DNA of 64,000 nt from an uncultured Bacteroidales bacterium (GCA_964388245.1 CAYLZH010000001.1:774-64773); one strand, 5' to 3'; shown: positions 46,531 to 55,557, counted from the first letter of the stretch. The notes: generated by a model not told the origin, from the letters alone. Program-made: numbers and translations.

Positions 46531-46739
46531 ACAGCGAGACCAATATACTTAAGTTCCGCGAGCTCATCGGCAAGCAGACAGAAAAGGACAGCCTACGCTG
46601 GAACGAAATAAAAGACACCTTTATGCAACACCAAAAAAGCAAAATGTACGGCGGCGATGCTGTTGGAAGAGTTGTTGCAGAAATGGAAAGTTTAAATGTA
46701 GGGTTGGAAGGTATTGCAAAAGTGATTGGGGGGAGGTAG
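46530..46739 (+). pseudogene. Orphan diverged copy of the last 69 codons plus stop of the 1640-aa AAA+ gene
   Basis: It aligns without gaps to 45526..45735. By my hand count 177/210 nt and 62/69 aa are identical, with the stop at the same position. Of 29 differing sense codons, 22 are synonymous. No in-frame start codon lies at its 5' end, and an in-frame TAA lies at 46494-46496. Confidence 0.85.
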
Positions 46740-46859
46740 AAGTTAGATAAAGGCATGAATTACAAATTCGGGCCTTGGGGGGAGGAAGGAATGACATAAA
46801 TGTGATAGTAGTCTGCTGAGAATGCAATTATATTCGCACAATATAAAATTGGAATTTAT

Positions 46860-47426
46860 ATGAAAAATGCGTTTGTCATTGTTACATTTTGGTTAGCAAG
46901 CTATTCATCTTTTGGACATCCTTTGATATTACGAAGCCTTGTCTTTTCCTATGTTTCAGAAATAGGCAATGAGAAATTAATCAACTCTTATCAACTTGAT
47001 TTGGTAAGCGAGTGTGTGTTTTATTGTACCTACCATGTATATTATTCAATTGGTGCTAATTGCAAATACTCTGACAATTTTAAATCTATTGGAATGTCTT
47101 ATACAGCTGTACCCAGATTCTTTAATGGATTTGGGTCAGGTTGGAACTCAAATTACGAACCTCTATTAAGTATAAAATCCTCTGTAATAATTGATAAAGT
47201 AGATAAATCAATATCACTATCTTCTGATTTTGGAGTTGGTGCTATTGCTTTTTACGAAATAAAAAATGTACATGTATATGTAAAATTATTATACAACTAC
47301 CAGTTACCTGCTAAATCATATTTAAGGATGAATCAGCATTTTATTTCGTTCTCAGTAGGATCAAATTTTGGTTTTGTCCTCGACCACAGACATGGGTTTA
47401 GACACCGTTTTTTATTTAGACATTGA
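46860..47426 (+). CDS. Hypothetical protein (possible small secreted or outer-membrane protein)
   Basis: A 188-aa ORF in very AT-rich DNA. The N-terminus is hydrophobic (MKNAFVIVTFWLASYSSFG) and aromatic/Gly-rich segments alternate. No motif is recognisable. Confidence 0.35.
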   Translation: MKNAFVIVTFWLASYSSFGHPLILRSLVFSYVSEIGNEKLINSYQLDLVSECVFYCTYHVYYSIGANCKYSDNFKSIGMSYTAVPRFFNGFGSGWNSNYEPLLSIKSSVIIDKVDKSISLSSDFGVGAIAFYEIKNVHVYVKLLYNYQLPAKSYLRMNQHFISFSVGSNFGFVLDHRHGFRHRFLFRH

Positions 47427-47448
47427 TCTATCTCCAGGGCAGTTTTGT

Positions 47449-47487
47449 CCCCCATGCTGCCGCGCGTGTCCTCACGCGTGGTTCGGG
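47449..47487 (-). repeat. Hairpin repeat copy R3 (inverted orientation)
   Basis: The reverse complement is cccgaaccacgcgtgaggacacgcgcggcagcatggggg. The stem arms ccacgcgtg and cacgcgcgg carry a compensatory A-T to C-G change relative to R2. Confidence 0.6.
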
Positions 47488-47490
47488 AAA

Positions 47491-47522
47491 GTTACACGAA
47501 GTGCTACACAAAGTTGCACGAA
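47491..47522 (+). repeat. CACGAAG/CACAAAG heptamer-type repeat block
   Basis: The block gttacacgaagtgctacacaaagttgcacgaa contains cacaaagttgcacga. This matches the reverse complement of 40679-40694 (cacgaagttgcacga) at 14/15 positions. Confidence 0.55.
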
Positions 47523-47580
47523 TAAAAAAAATAGGATTTCAGTTAACAGGATCTACTTCAACAAATTAAATAATCATACA

Positions 47581-48636
47581 TCACTTGCCGGCCATGTCCT
47601 TTCCATAAGTAAGGGTGATTTTGCGGGTTATTTTGCCATCGCCTTTTATTGATTTGAATTCAGTGAGGAGCTCTTCATCATAGGTATATTTCTGTTGCCA
47701 GGTTTGCTTCCCCTTTTTGAATCCGGTTCGGGATAAGACTAATTCTCCATCATAGGTGTACAGATATTTATACTTTTCCCTGCCTTTTTTATTATAGCCT
47801 ATCGATGTAAGTTGTTTGCTGTAACTTCCATCGAATGTAGATTCCCAAAGAAGTCGGTCGTTGCCATCGTAACTTTTTCGTTCAACAATTGAAGTGTCAG
47901 CAGCATTATACTTTGTTACATATTTCCTGATGTGCCCTTTTTCATCGAACGATTGATATACCTTAATCAAGTAATCCTTCGATGACTCGTCCCATTGGCA
48001 AACCTGGGTTTCGTTTTTACGCTTCTCGAGAACTTCACCCTCACTCTTGCATTCATACGACCATATCTTCTTTACTTTCCCACGGCGATTATATAAGGTA
48101 GTCCGTTTAAGCTCATCCTTTTTAAAATATTCATATGCCCACTTGTGAGAAATTTTCCCGTCCGAATCAAACCAGGTATAGGTTGCTAATGTACTATCAG
48201 GATTATATACCCATTCTTGGTGATGAACGACCATACCTTTCGAATTGATTTTCTTTTTCTCCCCAATCTTACCGATAGCATTATACTTCATCAATATGGT
48301 TTGATTGAGCTTTTCTTTTTTATACTTTTTAGCCTCCACAACACGTCCGTCTTCATTATATTGAAACTCGAACATGGGTTTGCTTACACCATCTTTGTTG
48401 AATTTTGATAAACAGATCAACGATCCATTATCGTTATATTCTTTAGTGTATCGCTTTATTTTCCCACGTTTAAGTACTACCTTGAAATTGATTTGGTCAA
48501 CCAGAGTAGTTGGTTCATATGCCAGGGGAGTATGTTTCGATTGGGAAAACTCCCAACCTAAGGTGTAATTGCATTGGGCAAAAGAATTAGTTACTATCAA
48601 CACAATGCTAATATGAAATAGGAATACACTTTTCAT
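47581..48636 (-). CDS. Secreted protein built from YD-like repeats (paralogue of 15936..16784)
   Basis: Has a signal peptide (MKSVFLFHISIVLIVTNSFAQ). Repeated Y-N/D-x-x-G motifs are present (YNDNGSL, YNEDGRVV, FDSDGKI, FDEKGHI, YDGNDRLL, YTYDGELV). Confidence 0.55.
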   Translation of the reverse strand: MKSVFLFHISIVLIVTNSFAQCNYTLGWEFSQSKHTPLAYEPTTLVDQINFKVVLKRGKIKRYTKEYNDNGSLICLSKFNKDGVSKPMFEFQYNEDGRVVEAKKYKKEKLNQTILMKYNAIGKIGEKKKINSKGMVVHHQEWVYNPDSTLATYTWFDSDGKISHKWAYEYFKKDELKRTTLYNRRGKVKKIWSYECKSEGEVLEKRKNETQVCQWDESSKDYLIKVYQSFDEKGHIRKYVTKYNAADTSIVERKSYDGNDRLLWESTFDGSYSKQLTSIGYNKKGREKYKYLYTYDGELVLSRTGFKKGKQTWQQKYTYDEELLTEFKSIKGDGKITRKITLTYGKDMAGK

Positions 48637-48720
48637 GTCAGTTTAATTAGCTTTTATTTTCGTGTTAAAGATAATTGATACTATGTGAAATTAACCTTAA
48701 TGCAAAGAAGAATTAAGCCT

Positions 48721-48745
48721 GTTCGTGTGGTTGCAGCAGCGGGGG
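48721..48745 (+). repeat. Possible degenerate partial fourth copy of the hairpin repeat
   Basis: gttcgtgtggttgcagcagcggggg resembles the right arm plus tail (..cgcggcagcgcggggg) of R2. The alignment needs small indels. Confidence 0.3.
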
Positions 48746-48868
48746 TGTTTGCTGGCTATGCATTGAATTCGATGCATGTATTTTGTCATTATTACCGTCG
48801 GGGGGGTACTATAGGCGTCAAAGGTTGAAGATGAAAATACGCATATGCCAGCGCCAATTGCTGAAAAA

Positions 48869-48909
48869 CTTTGTGTAACTCTTTGCCTTCTCTGTGTCGC
48901 TTTGTGAAA
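48869..48909 (-). repeat. CACAAAG/CACAGAG heptamer-type repeat block (inverted)
   Basis: The reverse complement is tttcacaaagcgacacagagaaggcaaagagttacacaaag. It uses the same unit family as 40627-40798 and 47491-47522. Confidence 0.5.
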
Positions 48910-49082
48910 TAGCTTGTATGTACAACTCGACTTTAGATTTAGCTATATCTCATTGGTACACTAAAGATCACAGGGGATCATAGAGTAGTTGTGATATTTA
49001 TTGCTTGTGGAGGCTATACGGTACCAATGTATAAATCTGTATCAGTGTGGGGATTAAATCAATGTTAATAAATAGCAGCTAT

Positions 49083-50429
49083 CTAACTACTATACCTGAT
49101 CCATTTCCATAACTCCTTGTAGTTGACTTTTTTGCCGTACATTAATATGCCGGTTCGGTATACTTTTGAAGCTACCCAGGTTGTAAAAATAAAGGTAACA
49201 ATCAGCAATCCCATCGATAAGAAGAGCTCCCACAAGGGTACTTCGAAAGGTATTCGTGCCAGCATTACAATGGGCGATGTAAAGGGTATAATCGAAAACC
49301 AAAAGGCTAAGGCTCCATCAGGATTTTGAATGGCATTGATCATTACAAGCAATGCGATGACCAATGGTATGGTTATAGGCATCATAAACTGTTGGGTATC
49401 GGTTTCACTGTCAACTGCCGATCCAATAGCTGCAAAAAGTGAGGCATACAATAAATATCCTCCGAGGAAAAAGAACAAAAAGGATAAAACTACACCGATG
49501 AAATTTATTGAGTTTAGTGTTGAATCGATTAACTGCTGGATATCGTTTCCTTCTACAGCAATGGTGCTTATATCCATTTCCTTTGCTATCCCCTGGGTCG
49601 ACATAACATCCATTGCGGAATCCTGTTGGATTAATTTATCGGGACTATAGTCGGGGCCAAAGATAGATATCCCAAGCCATACAAATAAAGCGATCAGGAT
49701 TACCCAGGCTAAAATTTGAGTAAGACCAACAAATGCAATCCCGACAATTTTCCCTAACATTAACTGAAAAGGTTTCACCGATGAAATTATTACTTCGACT
49801 ATCCGGCTTGTTTTTTCTTCGATTACACCACGCATAACCTGGGCGCCGTAGATAAAAATGAACATGTAAATAAGGAATCCGGCAATGTAGCCAAGCCCCA
49901 TTGTAATACCGGTATTGCTTTTTACTTCTTTGCCATCATCTGTCCATTTTATGGTATCGACATTGAGTCTTACTTTCAGGCTTTCGAGCAGTTCGCGGCT
50001 TATCCCTTCGTCAACAATATTTTTATCTTCGAGGTAGGTCTCGATTGAATTTTCGATATACATTATTACTGCCTGGCTTGGCTGTTTTTCAGAGTACAAC
50101 TGTATCTTTTTTGAATTTACAACATTCGAAGGGATGTACAAGATCGAATAATATTCGCCTGATCCATAGGCATCACGTGCATCATTCAGTGTTTTTCCCG
50201 ACAGTAGTTCAAATTTTATTATGTCAGTATTCCTAAGCGATTCGAATACTACCATCGACTCATCAATAATACCTATGTTTTTTTCTTCGGTATCTTCAGC
50301 AAAAATCAGGTAAACATATCCTACAATAAATGCAGCCATAATGAGTGGCGACAGCAGGGTCATTATTATAAAGCTCCGTTTGCGGACCCGGCTCAGATAT
50401 TCTCGTTTTAAGACTATGGAGGTCTTCAT
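49083..50429 (-). CDS. ABC-2 type transporter permease (NatB-like)
   Basis: An N-terminal TM helix is followed by a large extracytoplasmic loop and then 5 C-terminal TM helices. It sits directly downstream of the ABC ATPase. Confidence 0.8.
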   Translation of the reverse strand: MKTSIVLKREYLSRVRKRSFIIMTLLSPLIMAAFIVGYVYLIFAEDTEEKNIGIIDESMVVFESLRNTDIIKFELLSGKTLNDARDAYGSGEYYSILYIPSNVVNSKKIQLYSEKQPSQAVIMYIENSIETYLEDKNIVDEGISRELLESLKVRLNVDTIKWTDDGKEVKSNTGITMGLGYIAGFLIYMFIFIYGAQVMRGVIEEKTSRIVEVIISSVKPFQLMLGKIVGIAFVGLTQILAWVILIALFVWLGISIFGPDYSPDKLIQQDSAMDVMSTQGIAKEMDISTIAVEGNDIQQLIDSTLNSINFIGVVLSFLFFFLGGYLLYASLFAAIGSAVDSETDTQQFMMPITIPLVIALLVMINAIQNPDGALAFWFSIIPFTSPIVMLARIPFEVPLWELFLSMGLLIVTFIFTTWVASKVYRTGILMYGKKVNYKELWKWIRYSS

Positions 50430-50446
50430 CTTTTCTTTGATCTTTT

Positions 50447-51382
50447 CTACAATAATTCGTTTCCGGTGTTGGTTTCTTCAACAACCTTAATAAAAATGTC
50501 ATTCATCGAAGGAATTATTTCATTAAAGCCAATTATATTCCCTAAGGGCAACAGCATTGATATTAGTTCATTCGTTGTAAGGTGTTTCAGCAGTCTTACT
50601 TTGATCGAATGGATATCTTCTTCCTGTGCGGCTGCAACAATTTCGTATTCGGCCGATAGGGTTGCCTGTAGTTTATTAAACTGCCCAAGAAATTTCACCT
50701 CATAGGTGTTCGATTTATAATCATCCCTTATTTTATCGATGCGTCCGTCCATTATCACTTTCGATTTGTTGATCAGGCTGATATTATCGCACAGTTCTTC
50801 AACTGATTCCATGTTATGGGTCGAAAAAATAATTGTGGCCCCTTCATCTCTTAAAGCCAGGATTTCCTTTTTCAGGATATTTGCATTGATGGGATCGAAT
50901 CCGCTAAAGGGTTCATCAAAAATAAGTAGTTGAGGCTTGTGCAAAACGGTAACTATAAATTGTACTTTCTGTTGCATACCTTTCGAAAGCTCTTCGACCT
51001 TTTTATCCCACCAGGCTTGTATTTCAAATTTTTCGAACCAGTATTTAAGCCTTTTAAGGGCATCGTTTTTTGATAATCCTTTGAGCCTGGCCAGGTAGAG
51101 TGCCTGCTCTCCCACTTTCATTTTTTTATATAAACCCCTTTCTTCGGGCAGGTAGCCAATTTGTGCTATATGATGGGGTTTTAGTTGTTTCCGGTTAAAA
51201 AACAATTCACCGGTGTCGGGGGCAAAAATCTGGTTAATTATCCGGATTAATGTTGTTTTGCCGGCGCCATTGGGTCCAAGCAATCCATAGATGCTTCCCT
51301 GGGGAACAATCATGTTGACATTGTTGAGGGCGACATGATTGGCGAAGCTTTTATATATATTTTCTGCTTTAAATAATTCCAT
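50447..51382 (-). CDS. ABC transporter ATP-binding protein (NatA-like)
   Basis: Walker A is GPNGAGKTT, the signature is LSKGMQQK, and Walker B is LLIFDEPFSGFD. Confidence 0.9.
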   Translation of the reverse strand: MELFKAENIYKSFANHVALNNVNMIVPQGSIYGLLGPNGAGKTTLIRIINQIFAPDTGELFFNRKQLKPHHIAQIGYLPEERGLYKKMKVGEQALYLARLKGLSKNDALKRLKYWFEKFEIQAWWDKKVEELSKGMQQKVQFIVTVLHKPQLLIFDEPFSGFDPINANILKKEILALRDEGATIIFSTHNMESVEELCDNISLINKSKVIMDGRIDKIRDDYKSNTYEVKFLGQFNKLQATLSAEYEIVAAAQEEDIHSIKVRLLKHLTTNELISMLLPLGNIIGFNEIIPSMNDIFIKVVEETNTGNELL

Positions 51383-51496
51383 TCATTCAGAAATTAAGGC
51401 GTGAAGATAATTATTTTATGCTGATGGAAAAAGTGGAATTTCAAGCAAATACGGGTTTCGGATGATTGTTCGTTTAGCAAACATGAATTAGGCAGG

Positions 51497-52639
51497 TTAG
51501 AAAAAATCTTTCACTTTATTGAAGAAACCTTTTTCATGTTGGCCTGGTACAGGTCTGAAATTTTCGGAACTTTGTAATTGTTCCAAAAGTCGTTTTTCAT
51601 CACGATTTAAATTCTTCGGAACCCATACATTGATATTTACCATTAGATCGCCCCTTCCGTAGCCATTTACATCAGGGATGCCCTTACCTCGCAGCCGGAG
51701 GACTTTCCCGGGCTGGGTTCCGGGTTCAATTTTAACTTTAACTTTTCCATCTATTGTTGGGATCTCGACAGGTATTCCGAGTGCAGCTTCTGGAAAACTA
51801 ATAAACAAATTATAGTGAAGGTCGTTTTCTTCCCTGATCAGTTCGGGGTGCGATTCCTCAGAAATGTATACCAGCAGGTCTCCGTTGATACCTCCTCTTC
51901 GTGCTGCGTTTCCTTTACCACTTACTGATAATTGCATTCCTTCTGCTACACCAGCCGGAATGTTGATACTGATAACTTCGCTGTCCTGGACGATTCCTTC
52001 GCCATAACATTCGGTGCATTTATTTACTACAATTTTTCCTTCGCCGTTACAACTCGGACAGGTCGATGTTGTTTGCATTTGACCCAACAGCGTATTTGTT
52101 ACTCTTGTTACCTGTCCTGATCCACGACATGTTGAACAGTTTGAATGGCCCGATCCGCGCTTGGCTCCACTACCTGAACAGGCTTTGCAGCTAACATATT
52201 TCTTGACTTTTATTTTTTTCTCAACACCTTCGGCTACTTCTTTCAGGTTAAGTTTAACTTTTACCCGTAAATTTGATCCTTTGTTTACCCGTTGTTGCTG
52301 ACGTCCACCACCGAATCCACCAAATCCACTGAAATGTCCGCCAAAAATATCTCCGAAATGCGAAAAGATATCATCCATCGACATACCACCACCGAAACCA
52401 CCTCCGGCAGCACCACCTAATCCTGCATGGCCAAACTGGTCGTACCTCGAACGTTTTGAGTCGTCGCTTAAAACTTCGTAGGCTTCTGCTGCTTCCTTGA
52501 ATTTTTCCTCAGCTTCAGTGTTTCCCGGATTTTTATCAGGATGGTATTTTATTGCCTGTTTACGATATGCTTTTTTAATTTCATCCTTCGGTGCTCCTTT
52601 TGCAACACCAAGTACTTCGTAATAGTCTCTCTTCGCCAT
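51497..52639 (-). CDS. dnaJ: Molecular chaperone DnaJ
   Basis: Has a J domain (DYYEVLGV...KYHPDKN), a G/F-rich region, four CxxCxGxG zinc-finger motifs and the C-terminal domains. Confidence 0.95.
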   Translation of the reverse strand: MAKRDYYEVLGVAKGAPKDEIKKAYRKQAIKYHPDKNPGNTEAEEKFKEAAEAYEVLSDDSKRSRYDQFGHAGLGGAAGGGFGGGMSMDDIFSHFGDIFGGHFSGFGGFGGGRQQQRVNKGSNLRVKVKLNLKEVAEGVEKKIKVKKYVSCKACSGSGAKRGSGHSNCSTCRGSGQVTRVTNTLLGQMQTTSTCPSCNGEGKIVVNKCTECYGEGIVQDSEVISINIPAGVAEGMQLSVSGKGNAARRGGINGDLLVYISEESHPELIREENDLHYNLFISFPEAALGIPVEIPTIDGKVKVKIEPGTQPGKVLRLRGKGIPDVNGYGRGDLMVNINVWVPKNLNRDEKRLLEQLQSSENFRPVPGQHEKGFFNKVKDFF

Positions 52640-52688
52640 ATTATTTCTTTACATCGTTTTTTTCCGGGTATAAATATATTGTTCTTGC

Positions 52689-53369
52689 CTATTCTCCTAT
52701 TACTACTTTTGAGAATCTGATGACTTTATCGTGTAGTTTATATCCTTTTTCTACTACATCAACCACTTTGCCTTTGAGTTTTTTCTTGGGTGCAGGAATT
52801 TTTGTGAGTGCCTCGTGTACGTCGGTATCGAAGTCTTCATGCATTGCGTTAATTTCGGCTACTCCCTGCTGGGTAAGAAATTCCTTAAATTTATTGTATA
52901 TAAGATTAATTCCGTCGAGAATTGCGTTGCAATCGTTCGCATCTTTCATCGATACCATTGCCCTTTCGAAATCATCGATTACCGGAAGAACTTTCAAGAT
53001 AATTTCCTCGCCTGCAGTTTTGGTCATATCCATTTTTTCCTTTAGTGTGCGTCGGCGGTAGTTGTCGAATTCAGCCAAAAGGCGAATATACTTATCTTTC
53101 GAATCAGCCAGCTCGCTGAGTAAGCGTTCCAGTTCATCTTCGCGCGATGGTTGTTCTTCTTCAGGAATTGATTCTTGCTTTTTTGTTTTCTGATCAGATT
53201 CCATTTTCTCTGGTTCATCAGGTTGGTCGTCTTCCTTATTTTGCTCTTCATCAGAAGTCTTTTCTTCCTTTATATCAGATTCCTGCGTCTCCTGGTTTAT
53301 GCCATTCTGGTTATTATCTTCATTATCCGATACCTTTTCAGAAATGTCTTTTTTGCTCATCTCAATCAA
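52689..53369 (-). CDS. grpE: Nucleotide exchange factor GrpE
   Basis: An acidic N-terminus is followed by DKYIRLLAEFDNYRRR and the C-terminal GYKLHDKVIRFSKVVI. It lies directly upstream of dnaJ. The start could be the second ATG (MSKKD). Confidence 0.9.
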   Translation of the reverse strand: MIEMSKKDISEKVSDNEDNNQNGINQETQESDIKEEKTSDEEQNKEDDQPDEPEKMESDQKTKKQESIPEEEQPSREDELERLLSELADSKDKYIRLLAEFDNYRRRTLKEKMDMTKTAGEEIILKVLPVIDDFERAMVSMKDANDCNAILDGINLIYNKFKEFLTQQGVAEINAMHEDFDTDVHEALTKIPAPKKKLKGKVVDVVEKGYKLHDKVIRFSKVVIGE

Positions 53370-53537
53370 ATTAAGGGTTTTACATTGTGGCTGCCCCCCG
53401 ACAAAATTTTTGCCATCTGTTTTATCAGGACATTATGGCACAAATTTGCAGGTTGGCATAGTTCAATATGACACAGAGGGTGTCCAATTTAGTAAAATCG
53501 AACACCCCCTGTCAAATAATCAGTAAAACTAATATTC

Positions 53538-54098
53538 TTAACGTCTCTTTTTCAGCAAGCTCTCAAGTGTAACATGAAGTCGCTGGCCCCGAAGGTTTTT
53601 CTCAATAATCACCCCGTTGCCATCAATAAGTACGTTCGACGGAATGCTACTGATTTTATACATGGCTGCTGCTTCTGATCTCCATTGTTTTAGATCGCTA
53701 ACATGATAATCCCATGATAATTTATCTTTTTTTATAGCTTCGATCCATCGGTTTTTATCACGGTCGAGCGATACACCATATATTGTAAATCCATCACCAT
53801 TTTTGAAATCCTTGTTTTTGTACTCCTGATAAGCAGAAACAACATTTGGATTTTCCCTTCTGCAAGGTCCGCACCATGATGCCCAAAAATCGATTAACAC
53901 CATTTTTCCACGCAAATCGGAAAGTTTTAAGATTTTTCCATCGGGCGATGCAAAGGCGAGTTCAGGAGCCTGGTCACCAATTTTTAATCCAACGTTTGGA
54001 TCTCCCTGAGAACCGGATTTGGAATAATCGGAAAAAATGAATCCCGAGACCACAACCGTAGTCAGAATCAACAATGCAAGAACTTTTACTTTACTCAT
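53538..54098 (-). CDS. TlpA-family thiol:disulfide oxidoreductase (thioredoxin fold)
   Basis: Has a signal or anchor helix and the WASWCGPCRRE active site. Confidence 0.85.
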   Translation of the reverse strand: MSKVKVLALLILTTVVVSGFIFSDYSKSGSQGDPNVGLKIGDQAPELAFASPDGKILKLSDLRGKMVLIDFWASWCGPCRRENPNVVSAYQEYKNKDFKNGDGFTIYGVSLDRDKNRWIEAIKKDKLSWDYHVSDLKQWRSEAAAMYKISSIPSNVLIDGNGVIIEKNLRGQRLHVTLESLLKKRR

Positions 54099-54236
54099 TT
54101 TTCAACTTTTTTTTGTGCCTCAAAAATATTTAAAACTATTGAGTAAACAACAAACATGGAATTAAATTGTTTTGAAAGCTTTTGATGACTGCAAATTTTT
54201 AACAATTTGGTACATTAGCCGGATATTTTTTTCAGG

Positions 54237-55019
54237 ATGCAAAAGTTTCAGCCGGTTCATATTACATTTAGTTTCTTAGGTGGACTTGTTTTACTTTTCA
54301 TCGTTGCACCGCTTGTAGGGCTTGTTTTTGCCACTCCACTCGAAGACTTGTTCGAAACCGCTTACGACAAGGAGGTTACAGACAGCATTGTTCTAACCTT
54401 GAGTACTTCATTTGTTGCAACATTGGTGTTTGCCATTGCAGCCATACCGTTTTCGTACATATTGGCACGAAAGGATTTTCCATTGAAGAAATTGGTTGCC
54501 GGGATTATTGATATTCCTATTGTAATACCTCATTCGGCTGCAGGGATTGCTGTATTAGGTTTTATAGCCCGCGATTCTGTTCTTGGAAGCATGGCCGATA
54601 AAATAGGGCTTAACTTTGTTGGTCATCCGCTTGGAATTGGCATGGCAATGGCCTTTGTAAGTATTCCTTTTTTAATAAATGCTGCACGCGATGGATTTGA
54701 ATTAGTTCCTGAACGGCTTGAAAAAGCTGCAATGAATCTGGGTGCATCGCATATCCGTGTGTTTTTTACTATCTCGTTGCCTCTGGCCTGGCGCTCGGTT
54801 GTTACCGGCCTGATAATGATGTTTGCCAGGGGGATGAGTGAATTTGGCGCAGTAGTTATTGTTGCCTATCATCCGATAATTACACCAGTTTTAATTTACG
54901 AGCGATTTGGAGCTTTTGGATTAAAATATGCCCGCCCTGTAGCTGTTTTATTCATCGTTGTATGTCTTGTGTTTTTTGTATTATTACGATGGCTGGCCGA
55001 TCCATCGAGGAGAAAATAA
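54237..55019 (+). CDS. ABC transporter permease, CysTW/ModB/WtpB (oxyanion) type
   Basis: Six TM helices with the EAA-loop region AAMNLGASHIRVFFTISLPLA. The IPIVIPHSAAGIAVLG motif resembles tungstate/molybdate permeases. No adjacent binding protein or ATPase gene. Confidence 0.7.
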   Translation: MQKFQPVHITFSFLGGLVLLFIVAPLVGLVFATPLEDLFETAYDKEVTDSIVLTLSTSFVATLVFAIAAIPFSYILARKDFPLKKLVAGIIDIPIVIPHSAAGIAVLGFIARDSVLGSMADKIGLNFVGHPLGIGMAMAFVSIPFLINAARDGFELVPERLEKAAMNLGASHIRVFFTISLPLAWRSVVTGLIMMFARGMSEFGAVVIVAYHPIITPVLIYERFGAFGLKYARPVAVLFIVVCLVFFVLLRWLADPSRRK

Positions 55020-55092
55020 TTTTTCAGAAAAAGCAAGATTGGGCAACTTATTTTAATGTATATCGATTTTTTTTGAAGAAAATCAAATTACC

Positions 55093-55557
55093 ATGATTTT
55101 AGAAATTGAGTTCAGTATTAACCCAATCGGATTTGTTAAAAAACAGGTGTCAGGTAATACCCTTGAGATTTTTGAGACCTATCGCGCCGGATTAGCCGAA
55201 TTGGAAAACTACAACTACATGCATGTATTGTGGTGGGCCAATAAATTTGATTCGCCTGCTCAAAGACAATTACTTCAGGTCGAGATTCCTTATTCAAATG
55301 AAGAAATTAAGGCAGGAGTTTTTGCATGTCGGAGTCCACAACGCCCCAACCTTATTATGAATTCAATTTGCAGGATTGGTGGCATAAATCATAAAAAGGG
55401 AAGAATTTTTATCGAACAAATCGATGCAGATAACGAAAGCCCGGTTATTGATATTAAACCATATATTCACTGCAACGACAGGGTAAAGGATGCAAAAGTT
55501 CCAAGGTGGTTTCCAAAAGAATGGGGCGAATGGTATCCCAAGGGAGGAATAGCCTAA
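55093..55557 (+). CDS. TsaA/TrmO (YaeB, UPF0066)-like domain protein
   Basis: INPIGFV...H.....W.......GVFACRSPQRPN......C.I......I....IDA.N.SPVIDIKPY is the TrmO beta-barrel pattern. Confidence 0.7.
   Translation: MILEIEFSINPIGFVKKQVSGNTLEIFETYRAGLAELENYNYMHVLWWANKFDSPAQRQLLQVEIPYSNEEIKAGVFACRSPQRPNLIMNSICRIGGINHKKGRIFIEQIDADNESPVIDIKPYIHCNDRVKDAKVPRWFPKEWGEWYPKGGIA

Noticed and set aside
45526-46739. I considered whether the duplicated gene 3' end is a diversity-generating retroelement VR/TR pair.
   Set aside because: The 33 differences are not adenine-specific and are mostly synonymous third-position changes of all types. No reverse transcriptase or accessory gene lies nearby. The pattern fits allelic divergence, not mutagenic retrohoming.
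46487-46756. An 89-aa minus-strand ORF resembles the 81-aa minus-strand ORF at 45495..45740.
   Set aside because: Both are antisense shadows of the plus-strand gene end and its duplicate. Their similarity simply reflects the plus-strand duplication.
45768-47487. I considered whether hairpin repeats R1-R3 are integron attC sites flanking gene cassettes.
   Set aside because: No intI integrase or attI is in the window. The repeats are ~34 nt, shorter than typical attC sites. They lack the GTTRRRY core and R''/L''-L'/R' architecture. One cassette contains two genes plus its own upstream region.
53472-53513. An imperfect inverted repeat (cacagagggtgt ... acaccccctgtc) upstream of grpE could be a CIRCE/HrcA operator.
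   Set aside because: It does not match the CIRCE consensus TTAGCACTC-N9-GAGTGCTAA, and its spacer is 18 nt. It may be a terminator-like structure for the upstream TlpA-like gene or another CACAGAG-family fragment. The evidence is too weak to call.
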